DNA of 50,772 nucleotides from Reclinomonas americana ATCC 50394 (Eukaryota): NCBI GenBank assembly GCA_048213135.1, contig PS015319.1, positions 64,701 to 115,472 of the forward strand, read 5' to 3'. Shown piece by piece: positions 1 to 11,087 of this stretch (position 1 is its first letter; each line of letters starts with the position of its first letter). The notes under the pieces were generated by a model. It saw only the letters and a program-made list of their open reading frames with translations, ran no database searches and was not told where the DNA came from. The position numbers and the translations under genes were made by a program.

Positions 1-13
1 TACTACTCTCTCT

Positions 14-52
<39 letters not shown>

Positions 53-126
53 TCTCTCTCTCTCTCTCTCTCGTCTCTCTCTTCCTCCTCCTACTACTCT
101 CTCTCTCTCTTCTCTCTCTCCTCTCA

Positions 127-166
<40 letters not shown>

Positions 167-272
167 CCCGCTCGCTCTCTCTCTCTCTCTCTCTCCTCCC
201 TCTCTCCTCTCTGTCTCTCTGTCTCTCTGTCTATCTCTCCCTCTCTCTCTCTCACTCTCTCTTTCTCACTTC
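1..272. repeat. (TAC)n/(CT)n microsatellite, probably within an intron of the temptin-FN3 gene
   Basis: Direct runs of tactactac and ctctctct. Confidence 0.95.
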
Positions 273-299
273 CGCAGGCACATATGTAAGCAAACAAAC

Positions 300-1461
300 C
301 GAGTACGAGCAAAAGCACGTATTCGATGGCGCTGTCCACGTCAACGACGCCGCTCCACCAGCAACCTGCACGACAACGAAAAGCGCAATTGAGAGAAAAA
401 TACCTGACTCCATCACGCATCCGAATCACACACAACTTGCGAAACAGCGAGACCAGAGATCGCACCGGGTGCTGTTCAAGTGTGTGCGTGAGCACTTGCC
501 ATCAGAACATAATTTGACAAGTTCAATTTTCAAACCAGCAAACGTGCACGACGGTCGAGACGTCTTGCTCGAGGTACTCGACGGGTCCGACAGATCGCTG
601 GTAAAGGCCGGCGACGAACCCGGTGACCACACGCAACACGGGTCCTGTAATCGGGTTCGAATCGCCGCATTTAGAAATGTCGGACACCAAATGTAATAAA
701 ATGTGTGCTCGTTCGCAACTCCCAACTCGTCGCCGTTTGACTTCTGGTCGCCGTCTGCGTCGGCCTTACAAAGTGAGGCGGTCCAGGAGAGACCCGCGGA
801 CTTGAACGCCTTGCCTATATTTGTGCGGGGAAGGTCATGATGGTCACGACAACACAGAGGCGTCCGTTGCACGAGAAAAGGAAGACTCACCAAACGCGTT
901 GGTGGAACCATCACCGTTGCTGGGGAGAGGGGTCGATTGTTAGGGAGATGATATCACAGTGATGGAGGAGTGGGCACCCACCAGCTGGTGTGGCCGAGGC
1001 CCGCGCACAAACCGTTGTTGGGCGCTGCGCATCCATCAGCAGAGCATCTCAGCGACAGAGGAGTAGTCACTCTCTCCCCCCTCTTCTCTCCATGCTCTCT
1101 CTCTCTCTCTCTCTCACGCGTCAACACATGCGCTGTTTCTGCTCTCGCTCTCTCAGTGTCTGTGTGTGGTTCTCTCTCTCTCCCACTCGTCTCTTCGCCC
1201 CCATCTCAGTCTCTGACCCGCCTTCTCTCTCCCTCTCTCTCTCACACACACAGAGGTACACTCACAAGCGCACACTAATGCATTGAAAACTGCGGCAAAA
1301 TCACTCTCCCCACAGCGCACTCACTTACCGTTCGCGCCATTGGGTACTTGCGACTGGTACTCGCGCCGGGCGTGCACCACGAGGGCACATATGCAAATGA
1401 TGGCGAAAAAAACGATGACGCTCGCGGCTGAGCACGTCGCGTGGTGTCGGCGCGCTGGCAT
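300..1461 (-). CDS. Secreted temptin-like (Cys/Cys disulfide) domain protein followed by an FN3 domain; 3' end lies beyond the left edge
   Basis: Hand-built GT-AG exons 1461-1329, 1024-982, 919-891, 814-720, 644-536, 471-437 and 365-300 all join in frame. Product: MPARR...SVIVFFAIICICALVVHA/RREYQSQVPNGANAPNNGLCAGLGHTSCNGDGSTNAFGKAFKSAGLSWTASLCKADADGDQKSNGDELGDPCCVWSPG (signal peptide plus the temptin pattern PNG..GH..N.FG..F..AG..WT..LC..D.DGD..NG.ELGDP.C.W), then APGAISGLAVSQVAGGAASLTWTAPSNTCFCSYS (FN3 start). Confidence 0.8.
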
Positions 1462-1841
1462 GACTGCAAATATAAATGCGATGAACTGTCCGGAAATGCG
1501 AATTCGATCATTTGATGGGAACGGTCATGAGAATCATCCTCCTGCACAAGAACATAAGACACTCGCTCTCTTATCGTTCTGTAGCTCGATGCACGCAACG
1601 GGGGAGGATGACCACGGACAGTCAGCTCCTTGTCAGAATCAGTCAATGGACAAGATATTGGCGGATAGGAGGTGCATTTGCCACCGAAGTCGACCACAGT
1701 GATCCACATCTCCAACCGCTGTAGAAAGGGATGGAAGGAGGGTGAGAGGGTGGAGAGAGACAGGGAGGGAAAGAGTGAGAGGAGAGGGGAAGAAAGAAAA
1801 GGGACTCGCACACGGATGCGANNNNNNNNNNNNNNNNNNNN

Positions 1842-1873
<32 letters not shown>

Positions 1874-2597
1874 ATGTGAAACAAGGGATGAGGGTGTTGA
1901 TCAATCACGTCACACATGCGGTACACTCACACGAATCAATGACACGTGCACATGCACGCCGAGGAGGGCAATGAGAGAGAGAGAAAGAGAGCAGAGAGCG
2001 CGAGAATGTGACGCTAAAAATCAATCACAACGAGAATGCGGCACAGACAGGCGAATCAACGAGACGCACATGCACACGCGCAACAATGTTCACCCAGAGG
2101 AGGAAGAAGAGAGGGGAGAGAGAGGAGAGAGTAGGAATCATTTCTGCGATCAACGCACACATTGCAAGAAGAATTCTCTCTCTCTCTCGCTCACTCACCC
2201 TCTCGCTCACTCGCCCTCTCGCTCACTTGCCCTCTCGCTCACTTGCCCTCTCGCTGTCTCTTTCTCTCTCTCTCTATCTCACACACACACACACCTTTCA
2301 TGCAACAACGAATCGCACATGAGCCCTTTCGCCTCCCGCGTCCCTCTCTCCCTCGCTCGCGCATTCTCTCACGCCCCGCACTCTCTTCCTCACTCATCCA
2401 TGACACATGGTACAGCAGGCGACCATCAAACACGTGCGTGCTGCAGAAAGCAAGATACGTCGGATGTCCTGCATGACATTGATCTCACGCACAAAGTACA
2501 CCGCCGCGAGAACAAGTCGACTGTGGTGAGACGTGTGAGCAACAAGGTACATCGTGCGGAAGAGCGAGAAAAGAAACAAAGAACTGCGGCGACGAAG

Positions 2598-5500
2598 ATG
2601 TCGGTGAGTTGTATTGATTGAGTGGGGGACGCTTGTTGTTCGCTTGCTTCTCCTTGTCTTCTCTCTCTCACTCATCGCTTGTCGTTCACTGTCCTTGTGT
2701 GTCGCAGTTCTCTGTGCCCGTGAGTGCGGCGCATGATTCATCGCTGTCGGTGGTGGTGGAAGGCATGTCGGCCACATCAACTCTCGCGGAGTTGCTGCGT
2801 GAGGCTACTCGCTTGCTGCGTGAGAAGAGTGGCGATGGGGAGATGGAGATTGTGGGGGTGGAGAAGCCACTGCCATTTGACGTTGAGCTGATGAGTGCGG
2901 CGCCGCTTCGTGGACTCGGCATCAACTCATCCACGCACCTTGTTGTCCGTCTGACACTTGGCGTGGTGATGCAGTCGAGTGGAGGAGGTGGAAGTGAGAG
3001 TGGAAGGTATGTGTTTGTGAATCATCCTCTATGGCAACATGCAACTCACTCTCATGTCTTCGCACAGCAACTCGGAGCGAGTGACTCGGTTTGTTTTGTT
3101 TGCCTTTGTCATCCTTCCTCTCTCTCTTCCTCGTTCTTCCTCTCGGATTGAGTCTGTGCTGATTGTGTTTGTGTGCACGTGCAGCATGATCAACTCGCAG
3201 CGCATCAACATGGCCTTTGAGGTGGTGGAGGAGGCCGTGCGTCTGCGCTGTCAACGCGTACTGGCGCAGTTCAGTCGCGATCACTCCGACTTTGATGTGC
3301 GGGCATGGGCAGCAGACATATGGTCTCCACGAATGGGCCTCAGTGGCATCAAAGCCTGGCGAGAGCGTCATGCTCCACTCCACCCCTCTCGAGTCAAGTT
3401 TTTCGAGGAGAAGCAGCCGGCGATGTTGGCCTGGCATGCGGCATTCGACGCCGACTCCTCGTCCGACCCTTCGTGTGACGGTTTTGACACGACAGCACTA
3501 ACCTCCATCATGATGTATGGTGGCTTTGTTGAGGATGACAGTCGCAAGCTGCTGCTGATTGACGATGTTGATGAACGGAAGGCTGTGGAGGAGCTGCGTG
3601 ACGTGAGAAATGAGATGGTTCATGGTTCTTTGGCGTGGACGGATGTCACTGTGCAACATTACCTTGGTGTCGATGGTGTATTCCTTTACATTCTCTCTCG
3701 ACTACGGTTGACGGCTGACGAGCGAGCTCGATTCTCTTTTCGCATCTGCGAGGCACGTCACGCTCGTCACATTATTGACACATTCGAGGAGCGACTGCAT
3801 CGACTTGCTATTCGTGAGCTCTCCTTCTACCAGCACGATGAAAGTGTGCGGAAGGACATGCAGATGTATGTGCCACTGTTGTGCTCTCGTGATCATGACG
3901 TCTCCGCGGTAGACAAGATGACGGATCTGTTGGCGGAGGTGGATTCTTTCCTCTCCGACACCAACACCACCCAGCGTGTCCTGGTGCTGTTGGGCAACAG
4001 TGGAGCCGGCAAGACGACTACCATGTCGGTGCTGGCTGAGCGCGCATGGCGGCAGTGGCAAACGAGAGAGAGCAGGCGAGTACCAGTGCGTGTGCCTCTT
4101 GGTGCACTGCGCAATGCCGATGAGCGATTGTTGGAGGAGGCACTTGAGCGACTGTCACCCGAGTTGGGATTGGAGTCGGATGTACGGCGGCTGAAGGAGG
4201 AGCCATTGCTGTTGTTGCTTGACGGGTACGATGAGTTGTATCGTGGTGTGAATCTGTTTGTCAAGAACCAGTTGGATGTGTGTCGCGATGTGAAGGTGAT
4301 TATCACCTGTCGAGGCGATTACGCACTGACGGCATTGGGTGGAGCGGCGCAGTATCGACGGTACTTTGCGCCGGTGGATGCACGGGGACAGTTGTGCACG
4401 CAGCAGTTGATGGAGCGACACATTGCGCCGTTCAACAAGGAGCAGATTGAGGAGTACTTTGAGCGACTGGTGCAAGCGGGTGGTGGTGATGACGATGACG
4501 TGGAATTACGGTGGTCGACTGCCGAGGAGTATATTCGTGCACTGAAGAGTGTGCATGGACTGGATGCACTGGTGTCGAATCCATTCCTGTTGGCGGTGGT
4601 GGCTCGTGTGTTGCCGCAGTTGGTGGCGAGTGGTGTACAACGACCGACTCGATGTGATGTGTTTGACCGGTTTATTCGACAGTGGATTGAGAGAGAGCAG
4701 GAGAGGCAGACACGTCTCGGTGCGGAGCGTGTACCGAGTGAGGAGACGTGTCTGGCATTCTGTGAGGGACTGGCTCGGTTGATGCATGAGAGGAACGTGG
4801 TGCGTGCGTCTGTGATGGAGAGTCGATCAAGTGAGGATGACTTTGGTGGTGCGCCACTCGATCGACGAAGAGTGGAAGAGGGGCCATTTGACAAGTTTCT
4901 TGGCCACAAGAACCAGCATGTGCGAGTGTGCTGTCCGATTGTGCGACGGTATGGGACGACGCAGTGGGGATTCGTGCATCTGTCGTTGCTAGAGCACTGT
5001 GTGGCACGACATGTGTTTGCGTGGGAGATGTGGGATGAGGAGAAGAGGTTGACAATGCAAGATGTGCAGCAGCATGTGTTGGCTGTGCGATTGCTGAATG
5101 ATCGACCATCGCTGGTGGAGCAGATGGCGGAGGTGGTGCGACGGTCTCCTCGACTACAAGAGAGACTGTGGAAGGTGATTGAGATGTCACGGGTGGTGGA
5201 TGAGGAACGACTGGTGACGGCAGCAGCGAATGCCGCGACGGTATTGTGTGTGGCACAAGTGTCGTTCAGTGGGCGAGATCTGTCGGGTGTGCGAGTGAGG
5301 GGTGCGGATTTGAGGGATGCTGTGATGCACAGGACAGTGTGGAGGGGAGCGGATTTACGAGGAGTGAATCTGTGCATGGCGTATGCGAGAGAGGCGGATT
5401 TCAGAAGGGCGGATGTGACGGGAGTGAGGTGGCCGAGGAAACCGATGGAGGGGCACACAGATGCCGTACAATGTGTCGCTGTCACCCCCGACGGTCAGCA

Positions 5501-7344
5501 CGTGGTGAGTGGGGGTGTTGATGCATCGGTTCGAGTGTGGTCGCTGGCAAGCGGCGAGGAGGTGCTGCGATTGGAGGGACACAGTGATGAAGTGATGACA
5601 GTCGCCATCACCCCAGACGGCCAGCGCACTGTGAGCGGTAGCGTGGATGGTACGATACGAGTGTGGTCGTTGCCGACGGGCGAGCAAGTGCAACTGCTGG
5701 ACGGGCACACTGATCCAGTGGAATCTGTTGCCGTCACGCCCGATGGTCAGTACGTTGTTAGTGGTAGTATGGACAAGACTGTACGAGTGTGGTCACTGAC
5801 AACTGGGGAAGAAGTGCGACGATTTGCGGGACATGATGGGCTTGTGTCTGCTGTCGTCATCACCCCCGATGGTCAGCATGTGGTGAGCGGGAGTTGGGAC
5901 CAGACCGTGCGAGTGTGGTCGCTGAGCGGGGATGAAGTTCAACGGTTGGAAGGACACACTAACTGGGTGCATGCAGTGGCAGTGACCCTTGACGGCCAGT
6001 ATGCTATTAGTGGGAGTCAGGACCGGTCGGCGCGTTTGTGGTCACTGGCAAGTGGTGCGGAAGTGCGACGGTTTGAGGGCCATTCGTATGCAGTAACGTC
6101 TGTTGCAGTCACAGCCGATGGCCAGCACGTTTTTAGTGGGAGCGATGATAGGACGGTGCGAATGTGGTGTGTGGCGAGTGGAGAAGAGGTGCGACGGTTG
6201 GAGGGGCACACTGGTCCAGTAATATCTGTATCAGTCACTCCCGATAGTCAACATGTTGTGAGCGGCAGCACTGACAAAACGCTGCGTTTGTGGTCGATTG
6301 CTAGTGGAGACGACGTGCGACGACAGCATGGGCACACTGGAAAGGTGCTTGCTGTCGCCGTCACCCCAGATAGTCAACACATTGTGAGCGGAAGTGAAGA
6401 CACCACTGTGCGAATGTGGTCGGTGGCGAGTGGAGAAGAAGTGCGGCGATTGGAGGGAAACACGTGGCCAATCGTGCTCAGTCGCTGTCACTCCCGACAG
6501 CCAGTACGTGGTGAGTGGTGGTCGGGACTGGACTGTGCGAGTTTGGTCTGTGGCGAGTGGAGAGGAAGTGCGGTGTTTCGATGGGGATGCTGGAAAGGTA
6601 CGATCCGTTGTCGTCACTCCCGATGGTGGGTGCATTATCTGTGGCAGTGACAACAACCTAGTACGTGTATTGTCCTTGGTGACTGGACTCGAGGTGTGGC
6701 TGTTTGCGGGACACACCGACATTGTATATTCCGTCGCAGTCGTTTCGGACTGCAAGCATGCTGTGAGTGGGAGCAAGGACAAAACAGTGCGAATGTGGTC
6801 CCTGGTGACTGGAGAAGAGTTGCGACTGTTTGTGGGACATACGGACAAAGTGCGGTCTGTCGCGGTCACTTCCGATTCACAGTACGTTGTCAGTGGGGGT
6901 CGAGACAAGACTGTCCGTCTGTGGTCACTGAATAGCGGAGACGAAATTCGGCGGATGGAGGGACATACGGAGGGGGTGCGTTCCGTTGCTGTCACTCACG
7001 ACGGACATCATGTTGTGAGCGGCAGCGATGACCAAACAGTGCGTATATGGTCACTGGCGAGTGGCGAGGAGGTGCAACGGTTGGTCGGGCACACGGATGT
7101 GGTGTATTCTGTCGTTGTCGCTCCCGACGGCAAGCACATTGTGAGTGGCGGTCGAGACAGGACAGTGCGGGTGTGGTCGGTGGTACGAGACTCTGAGATC
7201 GAGATCGCAAGTGTGTGTCACGGCACAGACGCCACTGCCGATCGTACTAATCGAGTAGATGGCGAGACGATGAACGCAGGGATGCTTGTGCGGATATGTG
7301 GTGCATTCTTCATGCCTGATTTTACTGATGCGTTGTATGAGTAA
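2598..7344 (+). CDS. NLR-like STAND NTPase: UBL-like - HEPN - NACHT - pentapeptide repeats - 14 WD40 repeats (one frameshift near 6474)
   Basis: Exons 2598-2603, 2708-3006, 3068-3088 and 3185-7344 have compatible phases. Motifs: Walker A GNSGAGKTT (from ~3993), Walker B LLLLDGYDE, IITCR, NPFLL, winged-helix FVHLSLLEH, AAANAATVL..FSGRDLSGVRVRGADL pentapeptides, and GH..V..VAVTPDG..VVSGS.D.TVRVW repeats continuing in ORF 6394-7344. Confidence 0.9.
5451..7180 (+). repeat. Array of 14 WD40 coding repeats (~126-nt unit)
   Basis: 14 units counted from GHTDAVQC to GHTDVVYS, each 41-42 aa. Confidence 0.9.
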
Positions 7345-7503
7345 ATGAGGAGGGGAGACAAGGGAGATGAAGGGAAAGAGGGCCAGCAGGGGAAGAGAAG
7401 GGAGAAGGGAGCGGGAGGGGAAAGAGAAAGGGGAAGCTTGCAATGGTCCGGCTTCGGGTGAGTGCTAAAATGAGAAGATTTTGCGCGGGCTGTTGATGGA
7501 GAT

Positions 7504-7790
7504 TTGTACTCACTCTTTGCATATCTCTTGTCAGCGGCCCTTGCGCTTACGGCCTTCCAAGACGACGTCTTTGATGCGCCGTCGTGCTTCTATGGATCTG
7601 TTGCTGGCGGCTGTGGACAGTTCAAGGTGCAGCTCACGAGCTCCAAGTCGGTACATGCTACATTCTGTGTGGCAACCACTCCAGGGGCGACGTACAAGGC
7701 GGTGTCGAACAGCGACATTCGTGTTACCTCGGGTATGCTGGTGCAGATGTCGTCGGTGGTGGCCAATCAGGCGGGTACAATTGTTGCGTG
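7504..7790 (+). CDS. Probable N-terminal exon(s) of a secreted protein, likely the 5' part of the lectin gene
   Basis: LYSLFAYLLSAALALTAFQDDVFDAPSCFYGSVAGGCGQFKV... is signal-peptide-like and Cys-containing. A candidate ATG lies at 7443. The splice link to 9988 is not resolved. Confidence 0.45.
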
Positions 7791-7794
7791 GTGA

Positions 7795-9830
7795 AGAGGG
7801 AAGGGGAGAAAGAGTGAAGAGGGTAAAGAGGGAAGGGGGGTAGAGAGTGAAGAGGGTAAAGAGGGAAGGGGGTGAAGAGGAAGGGGGGTTAAGAGGGAAG
7901 GCGGGTAAAGAGGGAAGGGAGGCAAAGAGGGAAAGAGGGAAGGGGTAAAGAGGGAAGGGGTAGAGAGGGAAGGGGGAAAAGAGGGAAGGGGAAAAAGAGG
8001 GAATTGGGGAAAAGAGGGAATAGGAGGAGGGAGTTAAGAGGGAAGTTGGAGGAGGGAGTTGAGACAGGGAGAAGGGAGGGAGATTATGGGTGATGTGGAA
8101 GGATGTGAGGCGAGGAGAAGAGAGGAAAAGAGGGAAGGGGGGAGGGAAGTGAGTCAAGGAGAAGGGGGGTTTTGAAGGCATTCTGCATGGAAGAGACAGT
8201 GGGTGGAAGTGTGTTGATGTGAAAGCAAGGGAGAGAGAAACAGACTGAAGAATGTCTGTTGAATTTGTGTGCCTTGCAAGAGAGGGAAAGGCAGAATGGA
8301 GAAAGGGATCAGATTGGCTTTAGAAGTGTGTGGATGGGAACGCGTCGGGGAGTGTAACAATGAGAAATGTGTCCGTGGGGAATTTGTGGCGCAAGAGAAG
8401 ACCGTCAGGGGATGAATAGGTTGTGGTATTGTGTAGATGTGGATGCAAACGATTAAAGGAGAAGGAGGAGAAAAGGAGACGGACAGGTTGTGGCAGTGAG
8501 TGTGTGGATGTGGATGTGAAGGAGAGAGAAACAGAGAGAAGTGTGTCGGTGGAGATTGGATAACAAGAAAATATCGTCAGAGGGGGGAGGGAAAGGATGA
8601 GTCGTGGTCGACAGTGCGGGGATGGATGCAAGGAAGAGAAAATCAAAGAGAAGTGAGGTCGAGGAGATTGCGTGTGGCATGCGAAGAAATGCAGAGGGGG
8701 GAGGGAAAGGATTTGTTGTGGTAGATACCTTGTAGATGAATGCAAGGGAGAGGAGAAGAATGTATGTGTAAATATGTGTGTGTGACAGAGAGAATCGTCT
8801 GATGGGTAAAGAAAAATGATACGTTGATTAATTATGTGCGGATGGATACAAGGGAGAGGAGAAGAATGTCTGTGTAAATATGTGTATGTGACAGAGAGAA
8901 TCGACAGAGGAGGGATGGAGCGGATTGATTGCGGTTGAGGGTGTACTTATGGGAATGCATTGGAGAGAGAAACAAAGAGGAGAATGTCTGCGGAGGCTAC
9001 TTGTGAGTGTGTGGCAAGGGAAGATCATCAGACGTGGGAAGGGAAATGATACCTTCTTATGGTAGTGTGGATGAGAATGCATTGGAGAAATAGTAACAAT
9101 GAGAAGTGTGCCGTGGAGGCAGTGCGTGTGGTAAGAGAGGATCATCAGACGTGGGAAGGGAAATGATACCTTGTGGCAGTGTGGATGAGAATGCATTGGA
9201 CAAGTAGTAACAATGAGAGGTGTGCCGTGGAGGCTGTGCGTGTGTGGTAAGAGAGGATCGTCAGAGGTGGGAAGGGAATAGATACTTTGTGGCAGTGTGG
9301 ATGAGAATGCATTGGAGAGATAGTAACAGTAAGAAGTGCACTGTGGAGGCAGTGCGTGTGGCAAGTCAGAGGGGGAAAGGGATAGAATAGGTTGTGGTAG
9401 TGTGTGGATTGGATGCCATTGAGAGGGTTACAAAGCGAGCATTGTTAATGGAGGTTGATTCTGTATGCGAGAGAGAGAGGTTGGAGGGAGAAGAGAGGAA
9501 GGACCGTTTGCCAATATTTGTGGTATTATGTGACGACGGTAAGAAGGAGAGAGTGAGATAGGAGGAGGGCATCAGTGGAGATTGTTCTTGTCCTACGAGA
9601 GTGAGAGACCGACTGCGGGGAGGAAAAGATTAGTTGTTCCCATGTGTGATGTGAATGCACCGCATGAGGGGACGGGTTGTGGGTGACAGGAGTGGAAGAC
9701 TTGAGGAGGGGAATGGCTGAGACTTTGGGATCATGTGCCTGGGGATTCAACAGATGAGTGGCATAGAGGATTGAAAGTCAACTGTGCGTGCGAGGAGAGG
9801 AGGTGGGGGACAGAAAGGAAATGTTGAGGT
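7795..9830. repeat. Purine-rich low-complexity tract containing a ~116-bp minisatellite (three clear copies at ~9023-9365, degenerate copies on both sides)
   Basis: The unit atcatcagacgtgggaagggaaatgatacc...gtgtggatgagaatgcattgga...gtggaggcagtgcgtgtgg recurs at ~9023, 9141 and 9257. Confidence 0.85.
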
Positions 9831-9987
9831 GTTATTGATGAGATAAACAACAACAAGTGAGTGAATCAGAGAGTTTATGTGTGAAATAGACAGGAGTGAC
9901 AGAGGAGCGGGTTGGATAGCATGGCAATCTTAATCGCATGGTGTCCACGGCTTGCATGCTGACGTTTGCTTCCTGGTTGTGCGACAG

Positions 9988-11087
9988 TTGAGCACTGGCA
10001 CTGGCACTCGCTCCGTGGAGATTACGCACCGCTTTGTGCAATCGTTCCCGGCGATTCCCACTGTGCTCTTTGGCATCTCCGCTCTCTCCAATACGATTGA
10101 GGGTGACACTGACATTCGCTGCGCGAGGCCGTCGGTCACCAATTTTATGCTGACGGTACAGTGCTCGGCACTCGGCACTGCGCAGTTCGACTCGCTCGTT
10201 ACCAGTTTCGTGAGAGAGGTTTAGTTCTCATGCACACTTGCATGAAACTCACGACCTGCGTGGCAGATTTTATTGCCATGTACGCGGACGCTGCCGCGAC
10301 GTACACACACGACAACGAGTTGCCGCGTCAGAAACCTGCCAATGAGTGGCTGACCCTGGCCACCGACAAGAATTTCACCACGGTTTGTTGATGCAAGCAG
10401 ACCTGTACATGGTCCCTGGACTCATTCATTGCAACCACGCGTCTGTGTGTACAGGAGGTGGTGAATGCCCATGCGTTCGGATTCCAGACAATCCCCTCGA
10501 TTGCGCTGGCGCTGACAGGTGTGCGGTCCATTCGACTCGATTCTAGTGGCACGGCACGCAGCGACAACTTTGAGGTGGCTGTCGGTGAGGCGGCCGCTGC
10601 CACCTCGCAGGTGCTGATGACGGTGCGCGGCGATAGTCGCGTGCAGGCGTTGGAGCTGCGTTCCATGCTGGTGGGATCGCGGCTGGTGCCGCGTGACAAT
10701 TCCAGTGGCTACGTGATGGTGTCGGGCGGTGAGTTTGTCTGCGAAGATTTGCCGGCAGTTGTGCACGATTACTGACATGGATCACCGACATGTTGCACAG
10801 AGAGCACGCTGGTGGGCAACACACCGGTGGTGGTCACCCTCATCAGCAGTCAGTCAACCCGCGGATTGAAACAGACTGATTTCCACACCGCCGCATTCTT
10901 GCGCGGATGGAAGACGACCGGCACTGGTGCATCGCAGGTCAATCCGTCGATTTTGCCGACAGATGTGTTTCCGTCGCAAGGCAGCGCGTCGAGTGGAGCG
11001 TACGGGCAGCTGACGGTGACGGCGAGTAGTGGGGGAGGTGTGGAGGAGACGTATGTGACATGGGTGGCGATTGGCATCCCGGCGTGA
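9988..11087 (+). CDS. Tandem (three) H-type-lectin-like domain protein, 3' exons
   Basis: Exons 9988-10204, 10268-10382, 10455-10728 and 10801-11087 join in frame. Motifs LSTGTGTRSVEITHRFVQSFPAIPTVLFGISAL...FDSLVTNFIAM, FQTIPSIALALTGV and the terminal YVTWVAIG fit the H-type lectin pattern (G.R...V.F...F...P.V..GLS...SWIAI). Confidence 0.65.

Noticed and set aside
1275-1904. 209-aa minus-strand ORF
   Set aside because: It spans a gap and a microsatellite. The real coding frame at 1461-1329 is a different one (signal peptide plus temptin start).
1639-2552. Small spliced gene on the minus strand, divergent from the NLR
   Set aside because: There are some exon-like pieces, but no consistent in-frame model or recognisable motif.
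4319-6995. Long antisense ORFs opposite the NLR
   Set aside because: These are shadow ORFs from codon bias and WD40 periodicity.
3185-7344. Bacterial contaminant sequence
   Set aside because: It is contiguous with spliced 5' exons and eukaryotic flanks, with no gap at either junction.
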